Below, piece by piece: positions 1 through 10,425 of a DNA stretch of 64,000 nt (positions within the stretch are counted from its first letter, which is position 1; each line of letters begins with the position of its first letter). Origin of the DNA: Felis catus (Eukaryota); NCBI RefSeq assembly GCF_018350175.1, contig NC_058368.1, positions 87,546,001 through 87,610,000 on the forward strand. The letters are read 5' to 3'. Made by a program: the position numbers and the translations under genes. The notes under the pieces are model-generated. The model had not been told where the DNA came from and did not search any database. It saw nothing but the letters and a program-made list of their open reading frames with translations.

Positions 1-364
1 CTTTTCCCGGGAATCACCGGATCTCAGTGAGAAAAGCTTGGACGATCTTTCCCCATGTCAACTCTAATCATCAGGATCATCCTGCAAAAGAGGCACAATT
101 ATTATTTCACAGGTGATGCACAATGGTTCAGAAATAGGCTTAGGGAGACCCAGCTGACCAAGATTCCCATCCAGGTAGCCCGTTAGGTAGTCTGGGCATT
201 CATAGTGTGCTGAGCCAGCAGCTTGTCTAAGGCGTTAGATAATAAATTGCACAAATAACTTTTAAATTACTGCTGGGACAGGGTGACAGGTGAGGAACAC
301 AGAGAGAATGTGTCAGGGAATGAAAGAGGGCTTCAGCTGCCTCCACTCTGACCTCACACTTTCT

Positions 365-985
365 AGTAGGGTTCTTCTTTCTGGCTTGTCTCGTGGCTCA
401 GGTGGAAGACCCCCGAAGGTAAAGCAGCCCCTGAAATGACCCCCTCAAGCAATGAGGACTGCCCGGAGCCACCAAGACACCACCCAGGACTGACTCCAAG
501 ACAATGATTGATTTGACATTCGCTGCCCACCTGTGCAGGTACCCACCCACCTTGGCCCACATTTTCCTTATATAAACCTGGAAGGGGGCACCTGGCTGGC
601 TCAGTCAGTTAAGCATCTGACTCCACTTGGGCTCAAGTCCTGATCTCCCGTTGATAGTTCGAGTTCCGCATCAGGCTCTGCACTGTTAGTGTGAAGTCTG
701 CTTCTGATCCTCTGTCTTCCTCTCTCTCTGCCCTTCCCCCAACTCTCTCTCTCAAAATACATAAATAAACTTTAAAGAAAATAAACCTGGAAGTATTTTC
801 AGTACTTGGAGACATCTTTGACACGTTAGCCCGCTGTTTTCCTGGGGCTGGCCACACTGAAATAAAATCCTTTTCTGTATCAACACACTTGTTTCTCTGC
901 TGTGGATTTTGTCGGTGGACAATGGCTGAACCTGGTCTGCGGGGGACTCCCAAGCCAGGTGCTCTTGCACGCTGGTGCTCTGGCT
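365..985 (+). mobile_element. Probable solo ERV LTR (boundaries approximate), interrupted by a SINE at its TATA box
   Basis: TATATAAA at ~569-576, AATAAA at 861-866 followed by a U5-like T/C-rich tract; no clear termini or TSD identified. Confidence 0.4.
585..780 (+). mobile_element. Can-SINE (tRNA-derived)
   Basis: GGGGCACCTGGCTGGCTCAG head, (CT)n tract, A-rich tail; TSD ATAAACCTGGAAG at 572-584 and 781-793. Confidence 0.95.
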
Positions 986-1169
986 GTAGGAAGACTGCTA
1001 TGAGAAGTAACCATAAAGTGAGATGCGGCAGAAAAATAAAAGTAGAATATAAAGGGACAGAACAAGGCCAGGGTGGCACCAAGCTTCAAATTTACCTTCA
1101 GAGTCAATTAGGATTGGGATATGGTAAGACCAGGTTTGTGTTTTCAGAGATGGCTCTACTACGGGTAGA

Positions 1170-2622
1170 AGGGGGGGAAGTGAGGTGAAGGGAGGAGGGA
1201 GTGGGGTGAATGGGGGACAGTGTGGTAAAGGGAGGGGGGTGAAGGGAGGGGTGCAGTGTGGTCAAGGGAGGGGGGAAATGTAGTGAAGGGAGGAGGACAG
1301 TGGGGTGAAGGGAGGGGGGCAGTGTGTGAAGGGAGGAAAGCAGTGTGGTGAAGGGAGGGGAGCAGCATGGTAGAGGGAGGCTGGCAGTGGGGTGAAGGGA
1401 GGGGTGCAGTGTGGTGAAGGGAGGAGGGCAATGTGGTGAAGGGAGGGGAGCAGTGTGGTGAAGGGAGGAGGGCAGTGTGGTGAAGGGAGGAGGGCACTGT
1501 GGTGAAGGGAGGGGAGCAGTGTGGTGAAGGGAGGGGTGCAGTGTGGTGAAGGCAGGAGGGCAGTAGGATGAAGGGAGGAAGGCAGTGTGGTGAAGGGAGG
1601 GGGTGCAGTGTGGTGAAGGCAGGAGGGCAGTGTGGTGAAGGGAGGAGGGCAGTGTGGTAAAGGGAGAGGGGGCTGTGGGGTGAAGGGAGGGGGGCAGTGT
1701 GTGAAGGGAAGAAAGCAGTGTGGTGAAGGGAGGGGAGCAGCATGGTAAAGGGAGGCTGGCAGTGTGGTGAAGGGAGGAGGGCAGTGTGGTGAAGGGAGGG
1801 GTGCAGTGTGATGAAGGGAGGAGGGCAGTGTGGTGAAGGGAGGAGGGCACTGTGGTAAAGGGAGGAGGGCAATGTGGTGAAGGGAGGGGGGCAGTGTAGT
1901 GAAGGCAGGAGGGCAGTGGGGTGAAGGGAGGAGGGCAGTGTGGTGACGGGAGGAGGGCAGTGTGGTCAAGGGAGGGGGCAGTGGGGTGAAGGCAGGAGAT
2001 CACTTTAGTGAAGGGAGGCGAGCAGTGTGGTGAAGGGAGGAGGGCAGTGTGGTAAAGGGAGAGGGAGCTGTGGGGTGAAGGGAGGAGGGTAGTGTGGTGA
2101 AGGCAGGAGGGCAGTGTGGTAAAGAGAGAGGGGGCAGTGGGGTGAAGGGAGGGGGCAGTGTGGTGAAGGGAGGGAGGCAGTGTGGTAAAGGGAGAGGGGG
2201 CTGTGGGGTGAAGGGAGGGGGGCAGTGTGGTTAAGGGAATAATGCAGTGGGGTGAAGGGAGAGAAGCAGTGTGGTGAAGGGAGGGAGGCAGTGTGGTTAA
2301 GAGAGGAGGGGAGTGGGGTGAAGGGAGGAGGGCAGTATGCAGAAGAGTGGCAATGTGGTAAAGGGAGAGGGGGCTGTGGGGTAAAGGGAGGGGACAGTTT
2401 TTTGAAGGGAGGGGAGCGGTGTGGTTAAGGGATGGGGGCAGTGGCATGAAGGGAATAATGCAGTGTGGTGAAGGGAAGGCAGCAGTGTGTGAAGGGAGAG
2501 GAGAATGGGGCAAAGGGAGGGGCAAAGGGGTGAAGGGAGGGGAAGTGGGTTGAAGGGAAGAGGGCCGTGGAGTGAAGGGAGGGCAAGGGGGTGAAGGGTG
2601 GAGCACTGTGGGGTGAAGGGGA
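1170..2622. repeat. G-rich minisatellite, ~21-22 bp unit (GCAGTGTGGTGAAGGGAGGAGG), roughly 65 degenerate copies
   Basis: Direct tandem repetition seen in the sequence; explains the Pro/His/Thr-rich minus-strand ORFs. Confidence 0.95.
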
Positions 2623-3024
2623 GCAAATGGCAGTCAGGGTCATAGTGCAGACTGGAGATTTGGGGAGCAGACTTTCAATGTTGTCTTTCTAGCACATCTG
2701 GGATACCCTGCAAGAACCAGCCGACAGCAGTAGACAGGCAGGAGGAAGGAGATGTGAGGAGATGAGGTGTGAAGAGGAAGGAATACATCAGCACGAGTGT
2801 AGTGTGGGTCTCACTGAGTTCAGGGCAGCCACAAGGGAGCAGCTGGACAGAACATCTGGAGACTGGAGACAGCTTCAGGCTGTAGGGGAGACCCTGGAGT
2901 CATGTCCTGTTACTGTAATGGCACCTGTGAGAGCAGAGGAGGTGGCCACGGGAGAAATCATGAAAACACAAGGGAGCCTGGAAGGAGGGAGTCTAGCTAA
3001 ATGTGTATCTAAAAGACAAAGAGA

Positions 3025-3179
3025 GGGGTGCTTGTGTGGCTAAAGAGGTTAAGCTTCCAAGTGTTGATCTCAGCTCAGGTCTTGATCTCAGGGTTGTGCG
3101 TTTGAGCCCCAGGCATTGGGCTCCACACTGGACATGAAGCCTACTTAGAATAAATGAATGAAAGAATGAATGAATAAAT
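3025..3179 (+). mobile_element. Short, older Can-SINE variant
   Basis: tRNA-like head, (GAAT)n/A tail, TSD AAAAGACAAAGAGAG at 3011-3025 and 3180-3194. Confidence 0.85.
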
Positions 3180-3199
3180 AAAAGACAAAGAGAGACCAT

Positions 3200-3347
3200 A
3201 CTGATGACTAGATGTCATGTGGGATCCTGGGACAGAAAAAGCACATTAGGAAAAAAGTAAGTAAGTCTGAATGATGTATGGACTTTAGCTAATAAGAATG
3301 TATTATATTGATATATTAACTGTAACAAGTGTACCACACTTGTGTAA
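3200..3347 (+). mobile_element. Ancient L1M (L1MC-like) 3' UTR fragment
   Basis: GGGATCCTGGGACAGAAAAA...TATGGACTTTAG...AAGTGTACCACAC resembles old eutherian L1 3' UTRs. Confidence 0.55.
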
Positions 3348-3800
3348 TGTTAACCTGAAAATAAGAGCCACAATGATAGACAAATGAGTGTTTATTTCAG
3401 AATCAAAAATTGCAATTCAGTGAGCACAGATTCAGGCAGAAACCCAAATAGTGTCCCACTTATAGGATGAAAGCAAGGAGTTTCTAAGAGGAAAAAGGAA
3501 GGGGGAAATTATAAGAGTCGGAGAACAGAAAAAAAAGTTTTCTATGTGTGATGACAAGCTAAGTTACACTGATAGACTACTGATTCTATCTTCAGAAAGT
3601 CCACAACCATCAGTCCTGTGATCAGGATGTCCATTACCACCCCCGCTCTCCAACTTGTCCAGCAATTGCTTAAAACACCTGATATTTTTCCCAATCCAAA
3701 GATTATATCCCAGTTCATACAAAGGCAGGTAAGTGAGCTTTTCTGCAGTGGCCACTCTGGCTCTATTTTAAAATGTTTCTAGTCATGCCAGTTTGTCACA
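3348..3800 (-). mobile_element. 3' LTR of a class I ERV remnant
   Basis: Minus strand reads TGTGACA...GGTTAACA and is preceded directly by the polypurine tract AAAAGGGGAAAA (3801-3812). Confidence 0.65.
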
Positions 3801-3861
3801 TTTTCCCCTTTTGATCTTGATCTTTCTCTGAAAGCATCCCTGATCAGCCTTCAGAAGGCAG

Positions 3862-4366
3862 TGCTGCCTGAGACTGGGTTGACTTCTTGGTGGGTGTCAA
3901 GCCAAAAGACACAGCCAGGCCAGAATGGAAAAAAAGGGTTTTGCTTGTAACAAGTAAGGAGAACATTTGGGGTATTTCTCAAAGCAATGTTTCCCTGAAC
4001 AGCAAAATTGGGGAAGTTTTAAGCTGAGGGCACATACATATTCATGAAGGGGCTTGCACAATGGGGAATTCAACAAGCAACTGGGGGAAAAGTCATCTTG
4101 AGGTGACAGAGTCCACGTCAGAGTCATGGGACCAGCCAGGGTCAACATTAGTTCCCTGGCTTTCGTTGCTCTGGTATTGGAGTGCTTACAGGGGTTTACA
4201 TTTGCAAATGGAACTCAACAATGTGTGTCAGGTCAATCTTTACCTTTGAATCAGCACTGGGAGTTTACCACTGATTAGTTGTTGTTGTCCTTTGTGTGAT
4301 TAGGTTGTCCCCTGGCCTGGTAGTGGCTGCTGTTCTTATATTCCTTTGTTTCCTTGACATTAAGCA
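3862..4366 (-). mobile_element. Probable second LTR inserted in the ERV internal region
   Basis: LTR-like R/U5 organisation on the minus strand; GCAGTG occurs near both approximate ends. Confidence 0.45.
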
Positions 4367-4639
4367 GTGATGCTAAGTCATCAAGGATTATTGCTCTTGT
4401 TTTCTTCAGGAAGACTCATTCCCAGTGTGGCATGTTTCAAGAGGAGAAAAATGATTTCCTTAGGAGCTTTGGGCCACATTTGAGCCACAAGAGTGCCAGA
4501 ATGGAAAAAGGCTTTACCGTCAAGTTCCTTTAAGGCCAAATGTCTTCTGGAGTTTTTGGATCTTCCTCGTGTGAGGTGTCATAAGCCTTAGAAATCATTT
4601 CAAATTGTTGAGTGACCATTATTTGGGTGGTGTCCTTAT

Positions 4640-4872
4640 AACATGCAACTATAGAGAGGAGGCAAAGTTTTACAGGGACAAGAATTCCAATAATAGTAAA
4701 AATACTGAATCCAAATAGAAGGATTGACCCAAACCAGGAAGGAATTCCTGGGGGCAGTCAGCTAAAAAGATCAAAGAACCATGGATATCATTGGACACTG
4801 CATTTAACTTTCTAGTTTGTGCCTGGATTTTATCGGATTCTGTTTCTACTTTACAAGAGGAGTTAACCCATG
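4640..4872 (-). pseudogene. env: Gamma-type (class I ERV) env TM remnant
   Basis: Minus strand TWVNSSCKVETESDKIQAQT.. then, after a frameshift, DLFS*LPPGIPSWFGSILLFGFSIFTIIGILV (region after CX6CC, MPER and TM helix); upstream of the PPT and LTR. Confidence 0.6.
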
Positions 4873-7451
4873 TTAAAAACATATATATCAGGAATCTCAG
4901 AAGATAGCAGAGTAGGAGGATCCTAAGCTCACCTTGTCCCATGGATACACCTAGATAACAGCCACATCAATGCAACTAACCCAGACAATGACACAAAGAC
5001 TGACACAACTCTCTCCACAGTTAATCCTAGACAGGAGGTCACATCTAGAAGGGTAAGAGGGGTGGGAAAATGGTCAGGAATCAAACTCCCAGTGGGACAC
5101 CCCAATGTGGACAAGGGAGAGGAGCAGATCCCACACCAGGCACCCCAGACCCTTGTACTGGGAAGACAAGTCCTTGTAATATTTGGCTTTGAAAACCAGG
5201 CAGGGCTTAGCTGCATGAGTTTTTGAAGTCAGTAGGGCATAACTACAGGTACTTTAAAATTCATCATGCTTGGTACTAGGAGAGCTGGAGGACAATAGGA
5301 AACTGAGTCCTCACCCTTACAGAAAGTATAACAAACAACCTAGTGGAGAAACAGCATAGAAGCACCAGTTTGAAAAGTGCCTAGGGTATATGAGAAGGAG
5401 ATGTATTTACTAATCTCAGAACTTGTGCTGGAGGGGCATGGATTTTTAAGGGATTTCTCTAAGAATAAAAGAACTTGTAGGCACCATTTCCCTCCTCCCA
5501 CCCAGCCTAGATACCCAGACACCTGTAAGAACCAGCACCACACTTTCCACATAGTTCGCTAACACCACATATCCCATTCCACATTATCCATTAGATTCAC
5601 CCCATCCAACCTGCCCCACTCAGCAGGAGTCCTTCCAAAGCAGTACCTACTGCATCTCATTTCACAAGCAGCGCTAACAGTGACCAGCATCATTCCAAAG
5701 TGACTCTTGCCCTGGGGAAAGGGGAAGATAACCACATATACCAGTTTGATTATAGCCCCAGAAGTGGGCTGGGGATAGATATTTGACCTGATTGCCAGTC
5801 CCACCCACCAACAAAAATCTTACAAAGGACAGCACAAGAAAAGAGCCTTGTAGTTCAAGGTCACAGCAACCCTAGCAGATAGATTAGGGGCAGACATCTG
5901 TTCTGACTGTAGGTTCTGCTCATCACTAAAAGCCTCTCATAGGGCAATGCACAGAGAGAACCCTGCATTTTGATATGCCCACATATCCAGCAAAGGGGCT
6001 GAGGGAAGGTACCTGGTCTGACTCAACTATAAGCACAAGGTTGCCCCACAAGGTTGTCCTTGACAGCACAAGGACCAAACCCTGCCCACAACAGGCAAAG
6101 GGGTCATTGAAGCTAGCCGGACTAAAGGCAAACATGTCTCAACCACAACAGTAGGGCACATGCAGTTAGACATCCTTGAAGCAACTGGTTCTAGTGAACA
6201 AGGGACATTGCACTATAGGACACTACAGGACTTCTTCATAAGCCCACTACTTTCCTAGTATACAGATATACTATATCTAATCTTAATATACTACAGGTCT
6301 TCTACTACAGGATATCCTAATATACTACAGGACTTCTTCATAAGTCCACTAATTTCCTAATATATAGAAATAGAGAATGAGACAAAATGAGGAGACAGAA
6401 GAATATATCCCAAAAGAAAGATCAGGACAAAATAACAGAAAAAAAAAAGATAAATGAAAGGGAGATAACTACATGTCTGATAGAGAATTCAAAGTAATGA
6501 ATAAAAATAAAGATAAAACTAAAGGGGGATGTCATAAAGAAATTCACTGGACTTGAGAAAAACAAGGGAGGACATCAATGAGACCTTCAACAAAGACATA
6601 GAAATTATAAAAACAGAACCAATCAGAAGTGAAGAACTCAATAACTGAAGTCAAAAATACCTAGAAGGAATAAATAATAGACTACAGAAAGCAGAAGAAT
6701 GGATCAGGGACCTGGAAAACAGTAATGGAAGGCAATCAAGCCGAACAGCAAAAAGAAAGACTAATAAATGAGAATAGGTTAAGGGAACTCAGTGACACCA
6801 TCAAGTATAAAAACATTTTCATTGTAAAGATCCCAGGAGAAGAGAGAGAAAATGGGGGCATAAAATCTATTTGAAGAAATCATACCTGAAATTTCCCTAA
6901 TCTGGGGAAGGAAACACACATGCAGATCCAGGAAGCACAGAGAGCCCCCAACAAATTCAACCCAATGAGATTTACATCAGGACACAGAATAATTAAAATG
7001 TCAAAAAATAATGATAAAGAGACAAGAAAGCAGCAAGAGACAAGAAAGGAATATATATAAGAAAACCTCATAAAGCTATCAGCTGATTTTTCAGCAGAAA
7101 GTTTTCAGGCCAGAAGTGAATGGTCTGATATATTCAAAATGCTAAAAGGAAAAAAAAAAAACCCTGCAGCCAAAGATATTCTATCCAGCAAGGTCACCAT
7201 TCATAATAGAAGGAGAAATAAAGAATTTCCCAGACAAAAGTTAAAGGAGTTTATCACCACTAAACCAGCCTTACAAGAAATGTTAAAGGGAATTCTGTGG
7301 AAAGAGAAGGAGTACAAAAACTAATAAAAGAAAAAAGTTCACAGATAAATACAAACATAATAAAAGTAATAGGTTAATATATTTAAAAAACAGTACAGAA
7401 GATAAAGCACAAAAGCAGTAAATGGACTGTATCTATAAAAATTAGTCAATG

Positions 7452-7578
7452 AGGGGCACCTGACTAGCTCAGTTGGAAGACCATGCAACTCTTGATCTCA
7501 AGGTTGTGAGTTCAAGCCCCACATTGGGTGTACAGATTCCTTAAGATAAATAAATAAATAAATAAATAAAATGTTTAA
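7452..7578 (+). mobile_element. Short tRNA-Lys-like SINE
   Basis: tRNA-like body with (TAAA)n tail; TSD ~ATTAGTCAA on both sides. Confidence 0.8.
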
Positions 7579-7800
7579 AAAATATTAGTCAAGGAAATCA
7601 CAAAAGGATGTAAAGTATGGCATAATATATGTAGTGTAGGAATGTGTAGGAATGTGTAGGAAGTGTAGGAATAAAAATTTAGCACTTCTAGAATGGGTTC
7701 AAACTTAAGTGACTACCTTAATATAGACTGCTATATACATAAAATGTTATACATCAACCTAATACTAGCCACAAATCAAAAACTTGTAAAGATATACAAA

Positions 7801-7913
7801 AATAAAAAGAAAAGAAAGAAAAGAAAAGAAAAAAGAAAAGAAAAGGAGAGGAGAGGAGAGGAAAGGAAAGGAAAGGAAAGGAAAGGAAAGGAAAGGAAAA
7901 AAAGGAAAGGAAA
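7801..7913. repeat. (GAAAA/GAAAG)n microsatellite
   Basis: Direct repeat seen in sequence. Confidence 0.9.
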
Positions 7914-8108
7914 ATATCCAAGCATATCACTGAAGAAAGCAATCAAATGGTAAGGGAAGACAGCAAGAGAAGAAACAGAGAACTACAAAAAGGATTGTAA
8001 AACAAGTAACAAGATGACAATAAGTACCTAACTACCAATAATTACTTGAGTCAAAATGGACTAAGTGCCCCATTCAAAACACATAGGGTGACTGAATGGA
8101 TAAAAAAG

Positions 8109-8494
8109 TGTAGAGAGATAGGCTTAAAGGTGCAGAGATGAGAGAATTGGAAAGCAGGGGGCTAAGACTCTCCAGGAGCCGAATCATTGGCCCCTGGATC
8201 AAGCCTCTTTTATTTTTGCAAATTGTCTGATAACAGCAAGCACATACAACATTGTATTTGGCATCTTGACAGGCCCTGCACCTGCAGTGTATTCCATACT
8301 GGGTCATGAGTACATCTGGCACCAGACAAAACATTCTTATCACTGGCCTGGTGCCGGTATGATGTCCTTCTGAAGAGAATGTGCAGTCCCCGTGGCCTTC
8401 TGTCCTGGGAATGAAACAGCGTTCAGTTCCTTCCTGCTCCATCCCTTTCCTTCAGGACATTCTTACAGTGCCTCCAGCTTCTTGTTCTCCAATG
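8109..8494 (-). repeat. 3' LTR of the provirus
   Basis: Homologous to 15893-16275; adjacent to PPT at 8495-8507; AATAAA on the minus strand near 8210. Confidence 0.95.
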
Positions 8495-10425
8495 TCTCCC
8501 CCTTTTTGTTTGTATACAATGGACTGTAGGAGGACATTGCATAACCCAAATTGTCGGTTGGTTCGTTGACAGGCTCGTCGTCCCTGGCGCCAGACTGTAC
8601 ATGCAAAGATAAATACCCTGCATATTAATACAAACAGAATAGCAGTAGAGAAACTAAAAATTTTAACATGCTCTATAGGGTTTAATTTTCCCAATCCCTC
8701 TGATAAAATTTCTAAGATCTTAGAACTGGATAACATGTCCAGATTTGTTTTGGAAGTCTCCTATATCTCTGCTTGCAGATGTTGAATGTCCATAGACACA
8801 TTAAAATGTCCAAGCAAGTGTCTCTTAACATCATTCCGTGGCAATTTAGTGTTATTAAATGGTAACAGGGTTACACTTATTGATGTAGCATTCCAATCAC
8901 ATTTTAATGATATTTGTCTTTGTAGGCTCACTAATTGATTTCCCAGCAGTATCACAGCCTGTTGCAGGTCTGCAATTTCACTGGACAGTCTACTGTCAGT
9001 GTCCCATTGTGTCTTCCAAAGTCGGTGTGATTTCTCATGCCATTGTTGCATAAGTTGTACTGTCTGCACAGATTGGTACAACGAGACAGCTGCAGTAGCT
9101 GCGGCAGCAGTCACAGCAATAATGCCTCTAATAGCTGCGACAAGCATTCCAACAAATCATTGGGATCGATGAAGAATTCTCCATAGAGCATGGTCCATCA
9201 GATACATTTCTGGAGAATGTTGCCATGGTTGAGACATGTGAACTGGCAGACACAGGCTGGTGCAAGCTCTAAGTAAATATAAGCTTTTGGATGACATATT
9301 AAAGGGTATAGAATTGTTAAGACAAGTATATAATGAGCAGTAAACACAGGTTATAAGGGCCTCAGAATCATTCCAAACTATGTCCTTTTAATAGTACGTA
9401 TGGCAAATGGACACAAGCCCGTATGTACCGGATACTATTGACCATGAAGGATAAAGTAGAAATATTGCTGGAGCTGTTTTTATAATATGTGCCCTTCCAA
9501 TATGTGCTACCCTGGTGGAGGGCAGCAGTTAATTTCCAAATATGCTTTTGTAATGGTCCTTGCTGTAAATGAGGACTGGGTGCAGAAAATCCTGCACTGT
9601 GCCAAACAATTGAGCCATTAGCAGTGGTGCTGATAGTATGATTATGAACACACCATCGTAGATTTTGTAATGAATTTTTAAGGCGAGCTGAGCCCCTAGG
9701 GCTCCAATCAATGACACTTCCTTAGGAAGTATTTAAAAGAACTCGCCCTATCTCCCCTCTACATGCTTCCCAAGTCACCCATCCATTCCATTCTGACAAT
9801 GTACGAGTAGCACGAGATGGAAGCATTGGAAGAGTGTCATTAAGATTGGAGCCAATTGGGGAATGGGCTGATAGTAAGAAAATATGTTTGTGCTGGGTCC
9901 CATTTTTAATAATAGACAGCCATGCTTGAGGCTTACTTTTGAGGCAGTGTTTCCCATAACCAAAACATATAGGAGAACCTTCAATCCCTATAGTATAATT
10001 CATAACAGTTCCTTCTTCATTTGGCCTATGCAGTCCTCTGCTGTCAAATGGCCCAGGTGTCCATTCAGTGTCATTTGTATATACCGGCATGGGGGAGTCA
10101 TACCAATCTACGCCCTGATTGACAGGTGGATGAGGGATGTAAGCCCAGTAAGTATAGTTATCAGCACTTACCATAGTAGTGATAACCCCAACCATTGCAA
10201 GGAAAAGGTGAGCAGGGGTTTGTGGGCTGTGAGCCTGCATCAATATTTTTTCAACATCATGAATCAGCCTCTTAACTTGTCCCCAAGTAGGAGGTTGAGC
10301 AGTCCTAGTGCACCTCAGAAGAGGGTGTGGCACATTGGGCACAATTATTGGTTTCTGGATGGCATTTGGCGAAACTCTTCGACTAGTAGGGTCAGGTCAA
10401 ACCGAGGTTGCTTGGATCGGCTCAT
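8452..10425 (-). pseudogene. env: env (beta-type; long leader, SU, TM), disrupted
   Basis: PPTWGQVKRL...QTPAHLFLAM...NYTYWAYIPHPP; furin site RSQR mutated to RSQ*; fusion peptide IIAVTAAAATAAV; CDWN; KQKGG running into the LTR, all matching HML-2 Env organisation. Confidence 0.93.
8463..10425 (-). pseudogene. Putative spliced Rec-like accessory gene (coding exons 10425-10172 and 8594-8463)
   Basis: Donor ATG|GTAAGT at 10172/10171; acceptor TACAG|TCTGG at 8595/8594; second exon open for 43 aa plus TAA; positions equivalent to HML-2 rec. Confidence 0.55.

Noticed and set aside
1104..2606. 500-aa Pro/His/Thr-rich ORF and overlapping ORFs
   Set aside because: Translation of the C-rich strand of the minisatellite, which rarely contains stops; long ORFs occur in all three frames
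1170..2622. CRISPR-like array
   Set aside because: Head-to-tail degenerate units with no unique spacers, in mammalian DNA
7452..7540. tRNA gene (also 38094-38180)
   Set aside because: Poly(A) tails, TSDs and a degenerate cloverleaf indicate tRNA-derived retroposons
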